63,011 bases of DNA, filler included, from Neolecta irregularis DAH-3 (GCA_001929475.1; 15 parts of 15 records of this genome joined end to end with filler, not necessarily neighbours in it), one strand, 5' to 3'. Positions 37,042 to 50,758 are shown, numbered from the whole stretch's first letter. A program made the numbers and translations. Notes: generated by a model not told the origin, from the sequence alone.

Positions 37042-37155
37042 ATATGATGAATATGAATATGATGAATATGATGAATATGAATATGATGAATATGAATATT
37101 AATATGATGAATATGAATATGAATATGAATATGATGAATATGAATATGAATATGA
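37040..37155. repeat. (GAATAT/GAT)n microsatellite at a contig end
   Basis: Directly visible. Confidence 0.95.
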
Positions 37156-38459
37156 NNNNNNNNNNNNNNNNNNNNNNNNNNNNNNNNNNNNNNNNNNNNT
37201 TAATTAATTAANNNNNNNNNNNNNNNNNNNNNNNNNNNNNNNNNNNNNNNNNNNNGTTTCACTGCTTCGAATTTGGTCACTATTTATCAAAGGATGTTTT
37301 TCGTCACCAACACTATTCAGAATGCTCCCGATCACCGTGAAGAAAGACTGAAAATCTTTATCAACTGTTATTGTAAAATGTTCAACTATCACAATGGAGT
37401 TCTGGATTTCATTTTTGGCTTTCCAACAGGAGAAAGGGCTCGGCAGATAAATACCCTTGCTGAAAGGACACAATCCTTTCTCGAAATGTCACTCTCTATT
37501 ATCATGAGAAATGATTTCGATGTAGTCATGAGCTTCGAGTGTTCACGCACTTCGACTGTCCGGAAGTAGTACTCGGGTAAAGTTGGGTTAAATAGCCAGT
37601 TCGTGTAGATAGATACTCGGAATAACAGTAACTACGTGAATTCAATACTTGGTTATATCCTGGCCTGCTAATCAAACCAGACGCTACTTACAACATATAC
37701 AGGCATGTGCTCAATCCTTACTTCTTTTTGCTCCCCCTCTTATGTTTCTTGTGGCAAGGCCTGTGATATGACTCGTTGGGCAAGGTGGTGCCCTTGCCAC
37801 AATGCGGAATGTCGTGGGATACCGGCTGAATACCCCACCCCAAATCCCTAGGGTAACCCTAACCCTAGTCGATAAGCCATATTCGGTTCTGAGACTATAT
37901 TTGGGATTTCCAGCCTGGCAGTTTGGTGTCAAGTACTAATAACTTGTAATTATGGTATTTGGCCAGCGCGTGCAAAAATTGGTGTAAGCATTTGAGTTGT
38001 GAATTAGATAATGTGAACGACATAAATGAAATCCTTTTTTATAGATATTACCCCTGGCGCTTTGTGAATAATGACCAAATACATTGATATAGCTGACCAA
38101 CATACAATGTACAAGAAAGTGCAATCAGGAATACAGAATGTAAGAAGTTGTCCCAAGGCCATGCAATCTTAAATATGCAAGATTGGGAGTATAACAACGA
38201 AGCTTGAGATAAAGAAACTAAGGGTCTTGCTCACAGATACATAAATGTAGGTCAAAAAAGATCAAGGGGGCCGGAGGATCTGAGGTAACTCTGTATAGAG
38301 ACCAAAGATGGTATCTCGTTCATTCTGCGTTGGCAAAACTTTGCGCTTTGTCCCATTCTGTGCTACAGCTAGGATTGAGATTGTTTTTGGGTGTCCACTT
38401 TAATCACGGGAATTTAGCATTTTATGGATCATGTGATCTACCGTAACTTCTTGTAGATT

Positions 38460-39801
38460 ATGGCAATCTGTGGAGGATCTCGATTATTGTGCAAGCCGGC
38501 TAGTGCGTTCAGTCTTTATATACACTATCCTTACTGTTCTCGCATATGTTCTTTCTGCGCCTTCAACAAATATCGCTTACCATGCAATCTCGATTATCGC
38601 CGTCTAGAAAACGCATATTTTACCGAGCTCCAACATGCGCTGCAGATATACAATTATTCACGCTCTCCCATCAGATCTGTTTTCTTTGGCGGTGCTCACA
38701 TTTTCGAGACTATCTAGCTCATTTTTAGGTGGCACTCCGAGCCTTGCTCGCTCTTCCTTATTCTCAGGGATTTTCGAAGTACTATCTCGACATGGATGTC
38801 AAGTTTCGGAAGAAACAGAAGTGACGATGGAAGCGAATCCTTCCTCATATTCTTCTAGTTGCATTATTTCTAGCTTGGGATTTACGAGACTTTCGATGGG
38901 GGTACAATCTTTTGATGATGAAATCTTGCGACTTTCAAACCGAGATCACAATGCCAAGGATGCTCTCAAGATACTGGGCACCATAAGTTCTGGACAGCAG
39001 TTGCGTCATGGATTCTCTTTTGATCTCATGTTTGGATTTCCAAACCAAACCTTGGCTTCTTGGAAGAACGACCTTGATAAAGCACTTCCATTTGCCCAGA
39101 TTGGACGTCACATTAGTCTTTATGAACTGACGCTAGAACCTGGGACACCATTGCATCGTTCGGTTAAGAATGGATTGCTTCAACTTCCGAATGAAGATCT
39201 CAAAGAAGAAATGTACGACTATGCGGTTGACCGAATGCGCCAAATCGGGATTTATCGCTATGAGGTGTCAAACTTTGGAAGAACTAGTCGAAATAATTTT
39301 GCGACTTGGCAAGGCGTTGATTATATTGGAATTGGGCCAGGAGCTCACAGTAGAATCAAGGGTACAAAAGGTGGGAAAACTCGAATTATCAGAGTACCTT
39401 TCTAAGCTCAAAGCCTAGACTGACTTTAATAGATACCAGAGCCGGGAAGATGGATTAATATGGTAGAATCTCAAGGCCATGGAACAGCTAAATCAACGAC
39501 GATTAGTCGCGAGGAGTATATGGAAGAACTTATTGTATCCGGTTTACGGACAGTCCCAGGTGTCTCAAGACAAACCTTTCAAGAATGTACAGACAGATGT
39601 CTGGATAATACCTTGGTTCTCAACCGAGTTCAACAATTGTGCCAGGATGGATTCCTCGAGATGTTTGAGAACTGCGATGGATTAGAAGACCTAGATATTC
39701 CTAGTTATTATAACTATATAAAGGGTGGAGTGAGAGCAACCGACAAAGGCCTCATGGTTGTAGATAGTCTGCTGCCTGAGATACTTTTTTGCAATAAATA
39801 A
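38460..39801 (+). CDS. HemN/HemW-like radical SAM protein (RSAD1 family)
   Basis: LYIHYPYCSRICSFC, FFGG|GTPS, MEANP, RLSMGVQSF, YEVSNF, YIGIGPGAHS. Confidence 0.92.
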
Positions 39802-39844
39802 GGAAAAGAAATTAGCTCTTAGCGACTCCGTACATGCCAGCGTC

Positions 39845-40235
39845 CAGTGTTGGAGACGGGCCAAAGCCATGGGCTTTTCTGAGGGTCCGGGCCTAACATG
39901 TGACAACCATTTTAGGTGGCCTTCAGGGCAGAGATGGGCAGAGAAGCAGGAATATGTTAAAAAGCAAGTTTAAATTACTATATTATGTATATAATTCTTT
40001 ATATTTATTTAAATATTGGCAAGGAACTGACAGGCGGGCTGGCAAGGTGGGTGGACCAAATAGGCCAAATGGGTGTGGGAGACGGGAAAGATGGGTCAGC
40101 CGCGCAGGAAAGATGGGAGAGGCGAGAGAGATTGGCGGGCGAGGCATGTGAGGCGGGCGGGATGTGTGGGAGGGGCAGGACAGGCAGGACGGACAGGACG
40201 AGTGGGACGCGCGGGACAGGCCGGACGGGCGGTAG
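39845..40235 (+). mobile_element. hAT-like transposon end with G-rich subterminal repeats
   Basis: Begins CAGTGTTGGAGACGGGCC; internal homology to 25889-26060; end similar to 55952. Confidence 0.65.
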
Positions 40236-41260
40236 AATTCTGGATCTCATTTGTGGCTTTCCAACAGGAGATTAATTCTGATCCTAACCCCCACTAATTT
40301 GTTTCTCAAATTGGCATTTTGTACTGTCATGAGTTGTAATTTCAATTTAGTCTGACATCGCTAGTCAAAGAGTTTGCGAGGACAGGTCAAATTATCACTA
40401 AAGAAGATGATGAATATTTGGCAAGATTTAAGTATCAAATTTTGTTTATGGTTAATATTTGACTTTTGTTGCGCTGGGTTCTGGTTTTCTCTGGGTTCTA
40501 TTTACAAGCTGGATGATTTGTATTCCTAGGTTTGGACTTGGAGTTAGAGAGGAAGCCAGGCTGGTTATGAGTCAACATGAATGACAATCAGGTGCACAAT
40601 TTGTACAATTGTAAAATTAAGTATGTTGAACAATCAGAAATAGATATAGTTCAAGGGTTGGCACGAATTATACAGGTTCAGGACATCTCAATTTAAAATT
40701 TCCCGATCGGTAATTAACCGCCACATGAATTCCGCGCAGAGAAGACCATCATGTGAATCTCTGCAACCATAACCAGCGCGTTATGCAAAAACTCATCTAC
40801 CTGCACAACCACCCCATCAAATTTATTGCTCATGGTACAGTTGGAATACTCACGATCAGCAAAATCTGCTGACACCAAATTGTCTGGGGAAATTGTCTAG
40901 GAAAATTGTCTTAGAGCGCAATAAAAGGCGTTTTGCTTCCATGTACATAAGCAGGCCTTTTTCCCACTATGGAAGGCTGGGCTTTTCACCATCTATCTGA
41001 ATAGAATCAGTTACTCTCCAAGGTACTCTACGCTAATCAGGAAGCAACCAACGGCCTCGTATAAGAGTAAACCTTATTACAGGTAGCTACACTCACAAGT
41101 ATGAATACAAAATTGGCTCAGTGCTCCCTTGCCATAGTCTTCTTTGTAATACTGCTCAGCNNNNNNNNNNNNNNNNNNNNNNNNNNNNNNNNNNNNNNNN
41201 NNNNTTAATTAATTAANNNNNNNNNNNNNNNNNNNNNNNNNNNNNNNNNNNNNNNNNNNN

Positions 41261-42656
41261 TAATTTTGACAATCTTTGAACCATCTGCTGAATGCTCTTC
41301 AAAGAGATCTGCATTCCCGAGTTTGTCATCACTGAAAGAATCAATATCAGCGATTGGTTTACATCCAAGTGTCTGCATAGTCATTTCAAAGTAAGACTAA
41401 ACGACCTACCTTGCAGACAAATTCGACTTCATCTCGTTCAATATCCTTGACGACAGCAATCTTTAATTTCGCGAGGAAATGCAAACTAAGGTCATTCACG
41501 GCGTCTCGAAGAATCGATTTCTGAATAAGGAGCACGTTACATCCCGACTTTTTGATCTTTTTTACAAGGTTGAGTAGATAGGTTCGTTCTTCTTTGAGAA
41601 TTTTGTCCATTTGTCGATAATCATTCACAACAATCTGGTTTTCCATCTATCATATCAGTTTATTGTTGAGGTAAATCAAACATCGGGTTTTGGAGGGCTT
41701 AATTGAAATTGAATCAGCGCAATTTTGGCCTTTTCAACTCGCGAAGGTCCGCCTGCATTCTTCATTACAGGCTGAGTAAGAACCAATCCATCAATCATTT
41801 CCGTATCATCAATTGTTCCTCCAACTTTTTTTATTAGGCGAATATCGTTCAGGTCGACATTTGTAGATGATTTAAGATCGATCAGACGGGTGATGGCATC
41901 GACTGCCATAGGAGCCAACAGACTTGAATGCTGGGCAACGATCTGAAATATAAATTATAACCAGAGCGAGATTGAAAAAAAACCTTCGAGTTCAGAGAGG
42001 TAGATGCGACTTTCAAAAGGCTGACCCGGTCGCTCAGTTCGATTTTCTTGGAAATTGATTCGAGATGCTCGACACCTAGAGCGCTGGCTCTTTGAAAGGC
42101 TTCAGCAATGGTGGTTGGATGAATTCCTCGATGTCAGTCATGATCATTATGGACAAAACACCTCTTCGAAGGAGTTTTTCTGCTGCCGAGAGAAGTGCTC
42201 CAGTCAATATTACAACTGTAGTGGTGCCATCTCCTGCTTCTACATCTTGTGCGGCAGATACGTCAACCAACTATGAGTCAGATGGAGAAAATAAATACAA
42301 AAACACCATCCTAGCAGCTGGATGAAGCACAGACATATGTTTCAAGATAGTAGCACCGTCGTTCGTAATGATGACTGGAAATCAGAGCTGCGACCTTTAA
42401 ACGGATACCTTCGCCCTTGGCCGTTTTAATCTATATATCAACAACCAGCCCTTTACAGCAAATCATACCATCTTATCCATTCCCTTCGGTCCTAAGGAGG
42501 TTCGAATCGCATTGCTGATGGCTAGTTCAAATAAATCCCAATTGCCACAACTTTTTCAAAACCTTTTGCAGCCGCAATATTGCTAGCGCGCACACTTGTT
42601 GGCTTTTCTTTATCCTGGAATACTTGATCCCGGGGCTGGCGAGGGGGGTTTGCCAT
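41261..42656 (-). CDS. CCT4: T-complex protein 1 subunit delta (3'-truncated)
   Basis: [53 protein letters not shown]. Confidence 0.96.
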
Positions 42657-42785
42657 ATTTTATTGGTATAGAGAGGAATTCGCGCCCCACCAGAAAATGT
42701 CAAGTCTGAACTTTGAAACCCCGCTGGTCTTGCCAGTATTCGACGACGCGTCATCTAATATCTTCATAAAAAACATTTCATTGAC

Positions 42786-44275
42786 ATGCCGCCTAAATCT
42801 GACTGGGAAAAACACAAACGGTCTCTCTCAGAAGAACCAGAAGACAAAGTTGTTCCATTAGATGAAGGAGACATCGCACTGCTTAAGTCTTATGGTGCCG
42901 GTCCATACAACCTTTTATTGAAAAAGATCGACACTGAGATCAAGGACATACAGAAGCGAATCAATGAAAGGATTGGAGTCAAGGAAAGTGATACAGGGCT
43001 CGCTCAACCGCATTTGTGGGATGTAATGGCAGACCAACAACGGTTATCCGAAGAAGGTCCGCTACAGGTTGCAAGATGTACAAAGATTCTGGACACTGCA
43101 AATGAGAACAAGAAACAATATGTCATCAACCTGAAGCAGATTGCAAAATTCGGTATGAGTTCTGATACATTGGTTATTAATTGACTCGTAGTTGTCGAAT
43201 TAGGTGAACGAGTGAGCCCTACGGACATTGAAGAAGGAATGCGGGTCGGGTACGAAGCACAGTATTACATCTTTTGATCCTCAGCGTTGAACGGACGAAA
43301 TACAAGATTAGCATCCCTCTTCCCCCTAAAATCGACCCAAGCGTGACAATGATGCAAGTGGAAGAAAAACCAGATGTTACATACTCTGATGTCGGCGGTT
43401 GTAAAGAACAAATCGAAAAACTGCGGGAAGTGGTGGAACTTCCTCTCCTCAGTGTATGATATCTCGCTGTTGTAAAATTGACGAGCAGCCTGAACGATTC
43501 GTAAACCTCGGAATTGATCCTCCAAAAGGCGTGCTCCTTTATGGCCCTCCGGGAACCGGAAAAACTCTTTGCGCAAGAGCTGTTGCAAACCGAACAGATG
43601 CAACATTCATCCGTGTAATTGGTTCCGAGCTCGTTCAAAAGTATGTTGGCGAAGGAGCGAGAATGGTCAGAGAGCTCTTCGAAATGGCGCGAACAAAGAA
43701 AGCTTGTATCATTTTCTTTGACGAGATCGATGCCATTGGAGGGGCGAGATTCGACGATGGTGCTGGTGGAGACAACGAGGTTCAAAGAACGATGTTGGAG
43801 TTGATTACCCAATTGGACGGATTCGATCCAAGAGGCAATATCAAAGTTATGTTTGCGACGAATATACCATCGATTCTTGATCCAGCCCTTCTTAGACCAG
43901 GTCGAATTGATAGAAAGGTAGAGTTTGCACTGCCTGATCTTGAAGGCCGAGCGAATATTCTGCGCATCCACGCAAAAAGCATGGCTACCGAACGGGACAT
44001 TCGTTGGGAACTTATCAGTCGTCTTTGTCCTAATTCTACCGGTGCGGAGCTTCGAAGCGTCTGTACTGAAGCTGGTAGGGGGTTTCTTTTGCTGTGTAAC
44101 TGATTTTTTAGGTATGTTTGCCATTCGAGCCAGGAGAAAGGTTGCAAGTGAGAAAGATTTCCTAGAAGCGGTGAACAAAGTCATCAAAGGTAAAATCTCC
44201 TCATCAAATTTTCCAATCTGACTTTTAGGCGGGCATAAATTCAGCAGTACGAGTCAGTATCTTCCTTATCAGTAG
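42786..44275 (+). CDS. RPT1: 26S proteasome regulatory ATPase Rpt1 (subunit 7)
   Basis: [43 protein letters not shown]. Confidence 0.97.
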
Positions 44276-45128
44276 AGCTCGTTGGTTTCGGGATATAATC
44301 GCACAATTCATATTCTTTGATATATCATAGTTTCATTTTCTCGAATGCTATTATTCATCTCATCCTTGTGGAACTACAAAACTCAATCAGGAATATTTGA
44401 GCCCGTAGTCTGTGGCTTTTCATATGCAGTCACAATTCATAGCTACATAAGGAAATCATTCTGCGCTTGTTCGTTGATCACATACTGTGCTCAAATTTAT
44501 TGCCTTGTCTTCCATTAAGCTCTCACAGCTACGTATCTCATTCACAACTCTTTGGAACATGTTATCCGAAATGGAATTCCAAGATATATCAAATGAATGT
44601 TAAATTATCCAATGCCCAAAAAATGGTTTCCAATGGATACCCAATCGTTCCAAAATGAAGCATTGGCATATCATATTCATGACNNNNNNNNNNATGGTTT
44701 CCAATGGATACCCAATCGTTCCAAAATGAAGCATTGGCATATCATATTCATGACTTGCATGATAATCGCAGTTTATAACGTCGTACTCAAAAGATTTAGC
44801 GTACGACAGTCTAAGGGTTTGCGCTTGCTAGTCTCTATACAAGTTATAGTCTCTACCTGGTCCTAGGCATTTGTTCTTGCGTCACAAAAGTCCAAGGAAT
44901 TCCTTAAAGTCAATTCAGCTTTCCTGATTCATGTCATATTGAAAGTTATTCTTGTTGGTAATGAAGAAAAGCGTTTCACAGGAATTGCGAAATGTGGGAT
45001 TGTTCGCGAATACGGCTGATTACCAAGTCATTCGACTGACCAAGAAATTCTGAAATGCGCACTTACGGATAGATACCTCCCTATATATAGGACTTGCCAT
45101 TCGCTTTGTTGTGACATCCACACAAATC

Positions 45129-45326
45129 ATGCTTTTGAATCACATCCTCTCATTCGTATTTTTGGCATCTTGCTTGGCTGCGTTAGAATCTCCAGTCCCC
45201 AAGCTCAGGCGGCCGGCACATTGCTATCTTCGCAAAGTTCCAGAAGGACATTCATGCACTGAATGTTGCTATGGGTGTGGATTCGCCGGAGATCGAACCT
45301 GTTGTTCCAGGGGCGTTAGGTGCTAG
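45129..45326 (+). CDS. Small secreted cysteine-rich peptide (65 aa)
   Basis: Hydrophobic signal peptide, KLRR dibasic site, 8-Cys mature region; TATATATA about 45 bp upstream. Confidence 0.75.
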   Translation: MLLNHILSFVFLASCLAALESPVPKLRRPAHCYLRKVPEGHSCTECCYGCGFAGDRTCCSRGVRC

Positions 45327-45905
45327 ATCAAGGCGGTTGAAGAAGGGGGCCATGCAAAGGTGTAAGCTATGCGCTTAGAAGGCCGTAAATATCCATTAAG
45401 CCACTTGTCTTATTGGTAAGAATATACCTCGTATTCTGACAGTTACCCTGTTCCGTCTCATGTATTGACAAACGCAGATCGTTCCTTTCGAATAGCTTTT
45501 TGTTAAACCAGTGTCGCCTCTACATGGGTTTGTATAGGATCCTGGGCCATATTGAAATTCTCTATATAACACAACATAATTCGATCATGAGAACCTCTGT
45601 TTGAATAATGTTTGTAAATATGAAATGGCATTTCCACTTATCAGATATGCACAGACCAGAATACTCAATTATTAATTATTTCTATTTCAAAATTCACCTT
45701 GAAAAGCACCGATAATAATGCGAATACATATGGAGGTGGGCGAGGAGGGGTTGAGGTGACAGTCATCAAACAAAGCTAGACTGCGTACGACATCGCTCCT
45801 TGATGCCCAGATTCTGGTTAGTAACAGATCCCACGTCTTCCAAAGACCACTTGATGCAATTTATATTTCCGCCTACTCCTCTAAAGATTACGCGGCGAAG
45901 GCAAT

Positions 45906-46533
45906 ATGGTTCTAGTCAAAAAGTCCCGGAAACAAAGCAAGCTTTCTATTCAGCCGGTTCAACCCCCATTTGCGCCAACTGTATCGCGACGTCTTCCGCC
46001 GTCGGTCTTGTCTATTGAAGAGCCACAGGTAGAAGAAGTCGTGTATAAAGAGTCAGAACCTGCGCCTTCTCTTCGATATTCGCAAAGTTCGCTGCTTAGT
46101 TCTTCCTCGAGTGTTAAACATGGCCCTGAACTTCCGCATGTCATCTCGAAACATGCCCCTTTGGTCGTCTCATCCGCTAAGGAAGACTTGGTGGACCCAC
46201 TCCAGTCTACCCCTACCAAGGTCTTGAAAAGGAAGCCTGTAAGCTCGGCTGCGAAAAGTATTTGTATATTGTAGAGGATTACTCAAACTCAGCAGATGTA
46301 ATCAACGAAAACATAACGGGAAGCTCGAACAAGCTAGGAGACAGACCTCCACATCCCTTGTTCTTTCCTATTCTTGGTATATTTCTTGCATATGTCGCGA
46401 GCAATCTCATTTGGCCGGGTAAGTTTGTATAACGAGATATGCTGAAAAGGTAGACATTTCTTGGATTTTCATGTTATTGTTTCCCACTATGATCATTATA
46501 GGGTCTCAGCTCTGGAGTCGATCTGGCAAGTGA
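45906..46533 (+). CDS. Hypothetical protein: S/P/K-rich region with a C-terminal TM hairpin (3 exons)
   Basis: Two GT-AG introns join to LFFPILGIFLAYVASNLIWP and ISWIFMLLFPTMIIIG segments. Confidence 0.6.
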
Positions 46534-47714
46534 TGATAATATGTTACGCGTTCGTGTAGATTTCGAATTGTCTTCTGTTTTATTATGTGTGTATGTGTGG
46601 GTGTTTTGTTTGGTTACAAAATGCTTTATCCAAGGGATTGTGATATATTCTACTTCAACCTAAGTCTCCTGAGCGGCAAGTCCGGACACCGAACGCTCAC
46701 AATATAGGTAAGGCTAGGCACTACGTTGCATCTACTTGTGTTATAGGCTGGTTCTAAGTTGCTTCTGGCTTTTCTCAGTGAAGTGTGCCCTAGTGGCCTG
46801 ATTACAGATACGCCCTCCATCCTGATGGGTAAAATTGTTTCATTAATCTCCTTCTCCAGTTGTGAATACAACCATTATTTCCAAAAGTAGTCATCGAGTA
46901 CAATTTTCTGTAATGTTCGGTAATCAGTCAATATGCATTAGAATCTTTGGATCATGTTCATGGTCCATTTATTCTTCAAAGAATTTTCATGCGATCCTCT
47001 GACAATATTATGTACTTTATACTGAACTGTGTATGAGAGCAACCCAAGACATCCAGGTCATTTTTGAATATCACCTTCAACGTATTAGTATTGAGAAGCG
47101 TAAAAATGCACTAAATGAGACTGTGCTCAGTGATCAATTGGGTCAGGGGTCAGCAGAAGAGCAGGGATCTATCAATAAGCCATGTTCCCTTAGACTTATG
47201 AAGCAAATAAGGGTTGTGTTAAAAGTACCCAGATACAGGGGAATGTTCGCACTTTTAATATTATAAAGGGGGATCTTTGCAAGTCGCAATTTACTGCAAG
47301 CACAAATACGATGGTTCGATGAAGGTACTCTCTGCTACGACGAAGAAATATAGCACAGTTATCAGACAGCTTTGTAGCGAAACCGAACTTGGCGCAGCTG
47401 GTAGCGTAGAGGACTGTAAAGGATTCAGTTTATCCTTTGGTCGCCAGTTCAAGTCTGGCAGTTCGGAATTTATTTTGCTCCCACAAACCCTGCTCTGTCT
47501 CTGTATATATATATTATGAGGCCGTAATCTAGTAGAATACATAATTTGTTTGGTGTTTGGAGCACATTTGCTGACAACGATCTCGGCTATGCGCTCCTTT
47601 ATATGGCATCGGAAACGGCCTTAATTCGGCAGTTACCTTTGACGTAATCCGGAACCCCAGCAACCGAATATATAATCTCCTCGATCCTGGCTATGCGACC
47701 AACCGCTTCAAGTA

Positions 47715-48689
47715 ATGATACCCAGATTCCAAACTCGAAATATTGCCAAGATTATACAGTCAACTGAACAAAAAGAAGGAGTCGGTGCGCGAGTCCGTCG
47801 AAGTATCGGGTCCGTCGCCCTTCCCGAGTTCTCACCGTTCCTTATGCTGGATCATTTTAAAGTGGAAGAAGGGGCTGGATTTCCTGACCATCCTCATCGG
47901 TATTCCTCTTGCAGAGTTGTCGATGTTGCTGACGCGGCAATCTAGAGGTCAGGAGACCGTAACTTATATGCTCAAGGGAGCTTTCGATCATGAAGATTTC
48001 ACTGGTCATCGAGGGAGAATCAATGCCGGTGATTTGCAGTGGATGACTGCCGGAAAAGGAATAGTTCACTCAGAAATGCCTGTGCCGGGGGAGGTTAATG
48101 AGGGGTTACAGCTTTGGGTCGATTTACCTTCGGAGAAGCGACTTTGCGAGCCGAGGTATCAAGAGTTGAAAAGCGATGATATTCCGAAATGGAGAGGCGA
48201 TAACAACGTTGTCGTCAAAGTTATCGCTGGAAGAGCGGGAAATATCAAGAGTCCTGTTCAGACATACACAAAGACTTGGTATCTCGATATCACGATTGAA
48301 AGGGGTGGACAGATCAGCCAGGTACGTTTGTTTTCGTTGTCTATTTTTTAACAATCGAGATAATTCCGCACAATTGGAATGCGTTTATTTACACCATTCA
48401 GGGAAATGCCTCGATTTCCTCCCACCAAGTCGGACCATTCCATACTGTCGTCCTCGATCTTGCTGGTGAAGGAGTGACTATCTCCAACGAGTCAAAGGAA
48501 ACCGTGCGAATGGTTCTTATTGCTGGAGAACGGCTTGACCAGCGTCAAAGGACTTATCAGCACGGACCATTTGTTATGGACGACCAGGCCGGAGTCATGA
48601 GAACTATTCACGATTATCAAACAGGTACAAATGGATTTGAGCGGGCTAGGGACTGGAGGAGTGAAATTGGGAGTCGGATGACTGGATAA
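47715..48689 (+). CDS. Pirin-like bicupin protein
   Basis: EGVGARVRRSIG, PFLMLDHF, GFPDHPHRGQET, MTAGKGIVHSE, HGPFVM. Confidence 0.95.
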
Positions 48690-49603
48690 CATTATTCACC
48701 ACGCTATAATCATGTATTTTTCTGTAGAATGGGACTAATCTAATGATGCTTATATCCAACAGTATCTGGACTGCATACAATGAAAGGCTTATTTGTCACT
48801 TGTTTTCCAGGTGAAAACACTACTGATTGAAGTGCTGCCTTCCATAACCTCTGTACTTCATGAGATTCGCACCTAGTACTTTATCTTGGAGAGACCAACG
48901 TTTTCCTGCAAAATCTCCTCCCAAGCCTGGGAAAGCAAAGGTTAAATCGACGGCGAGTGATGTGCCGGCAAAAGAAACCGTCTATGGAAGAATTTCAAAC
49001 ATCCCAAAGGTTGCTACCGGGTTGCCTTCCAGAGAGAGCTTAAGCGGCTACAACCGTCCAAACATGAACTAGGACCGACAGGTTAATATATGTAGTCATG
49101 AACCAGGTAATAATTTTGCAGGTCTCTCATAACTGAGGTTGCATTATTCAAATTCTGTTACATTTGATTTGGTACGGGACATGTAGGTTGTACCGTAGTC
49201 CTAGGTGAACAGATGAACCGATAAGCAGATACAGATTTTATTCTTGAGGCGCGCTTACCACTGCACAATTATATATACATATCCATCATTTCTAAATTGA
49301 AAATCTACATCGGCTTGAAAAGTATCGTTCACGTGACTTTTATCAACTTCTCTTGCGGTCAATCCAAAACGTATCATCAAATCGTAAGCAACCTGTCGCA
49401 AGAAACTCGTACACGTGGTATTTTCTGGTTATCTGATGGGTTTTCTCTTCCTTGATTTTACTACAATAACGTGGCTCATTCTTGGAAATCTATAAGTAGT
49501 TCTGTATCTGCACATTTGTAGGCCGGTTGAATGCTCTATCCTTCCCGCTAAGAATCAAAGAATCTTTTTCCTCTTTTTCCGCTGTTTCCAGAATCCTAAA
49601 ACC

Positions 49604-50290
49604 TCAAATGTGCTGACAAACCCAAAGTCGAAAATCGTCTGGAATACTCACGTCGAGAGAGCCATCAAATTGAAGATTGGAAGAGCTCTGCTGTGGAATT
49701 GCGTTGAAAAATATCGCACAAAAAGCCTCGTCACCATTTGCACACTTTGAGTACACCAGAGTAGGGTCCTGTTCTGGTTGGGTTAGTCCAAACTTTTCTT
49801 GCGCCTTTTCCAAATAATTTTCGACGACTGGATTCTTTAGGAGAGAATCATCAATTGCTTTAGTTGAGACAAATGAAAGCTTATTCAGCCTGTCTCGATC
49901 GAAAGTCCACCTCATGATGACCCAGTGGCCCTCTGATAGCATGAATGCTTGGCTTAAAAGCTGGATCTGCCCCACTTCATCAGTCTTCCGTTCCAGATCA
50001 TCCAATGTTTCTGGGAGTGTGGAATGGTACGTTTGAAAGAATGTAGCGGCTGCATGTGCGTAAACCATTGAGGCATCCAGTGGTTTCTTGTCGAGAATGT
50101 ATCGGATCATCCTGACAATCTCACCCTTGAGCCATATATTCTTCCAGTGAGTCTGGTCAATCGACAGATACGGGAAGCCGTCACGTCCTGTCCTAGTAAA
50201 AGTCTCTATGACAATTCTAAATGCAGATAACGCGTGTTTCCCATTATCGACAGGGAGTTCAACGACTCCGTCCAGTGTTCCATCGATTCA
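49604..50290 (-). CDS. Orphan ORF (~225 open codons), 5' end unresolved
   Basis: Frame stays open upstream of MIRYILDKK to about 50290; no family recognised. Confidence 0.4.
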
Positions 50291-50758
50291 AAATGCCCTT
50301 AAGGTTTATAGGAGTTTCATAGTTGTAGTTGGGTAGTAATAGATTGGTTGTTTCTTGGTGAGCACGGTAGTATTGCGCTTCCGGATCTTTGGAAATCTGG
50401 GTACAGAAGAATAGTAATACAATTGGCTATCTGACACGAGAGGAATCGGGCCATTGCTGGCAAGGCGGGCCTATAGGTCTATGTAGAGGAGACACAAGGA
50501 AAAACAATATTGAAACAAGGTGGTGGGTCAGGAAATACCACTTCTGAGAGCTGATACCTCTTGAATTCCTACATAAAATAGTAATTGAAATAAACTGAGA
50601 CTGAGAGGGGAGGCGGAAGCAGCTTGATGTCGTGGAGTTGTCTCGAAACTAGGAAATCTATGGAGTTGAAAGTGAGATACGGGAAAGGAAAGTGTTCCGA
50701 ACAAGTGTAAATTTCACTAGCTCCGCAACAAGTACTTTCTCTATAGACAGGGTGCAAG

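Noticed and set aside
37853-37866. TAACCCTAACCCT telomere-like motif
   Set aside because: Only two units and internal; could be chance.
43219-44187. 322-aa antisense ORF over RPT1
   Set aside because: Antisense shadow of a highly conserved gene with no independent protein features.
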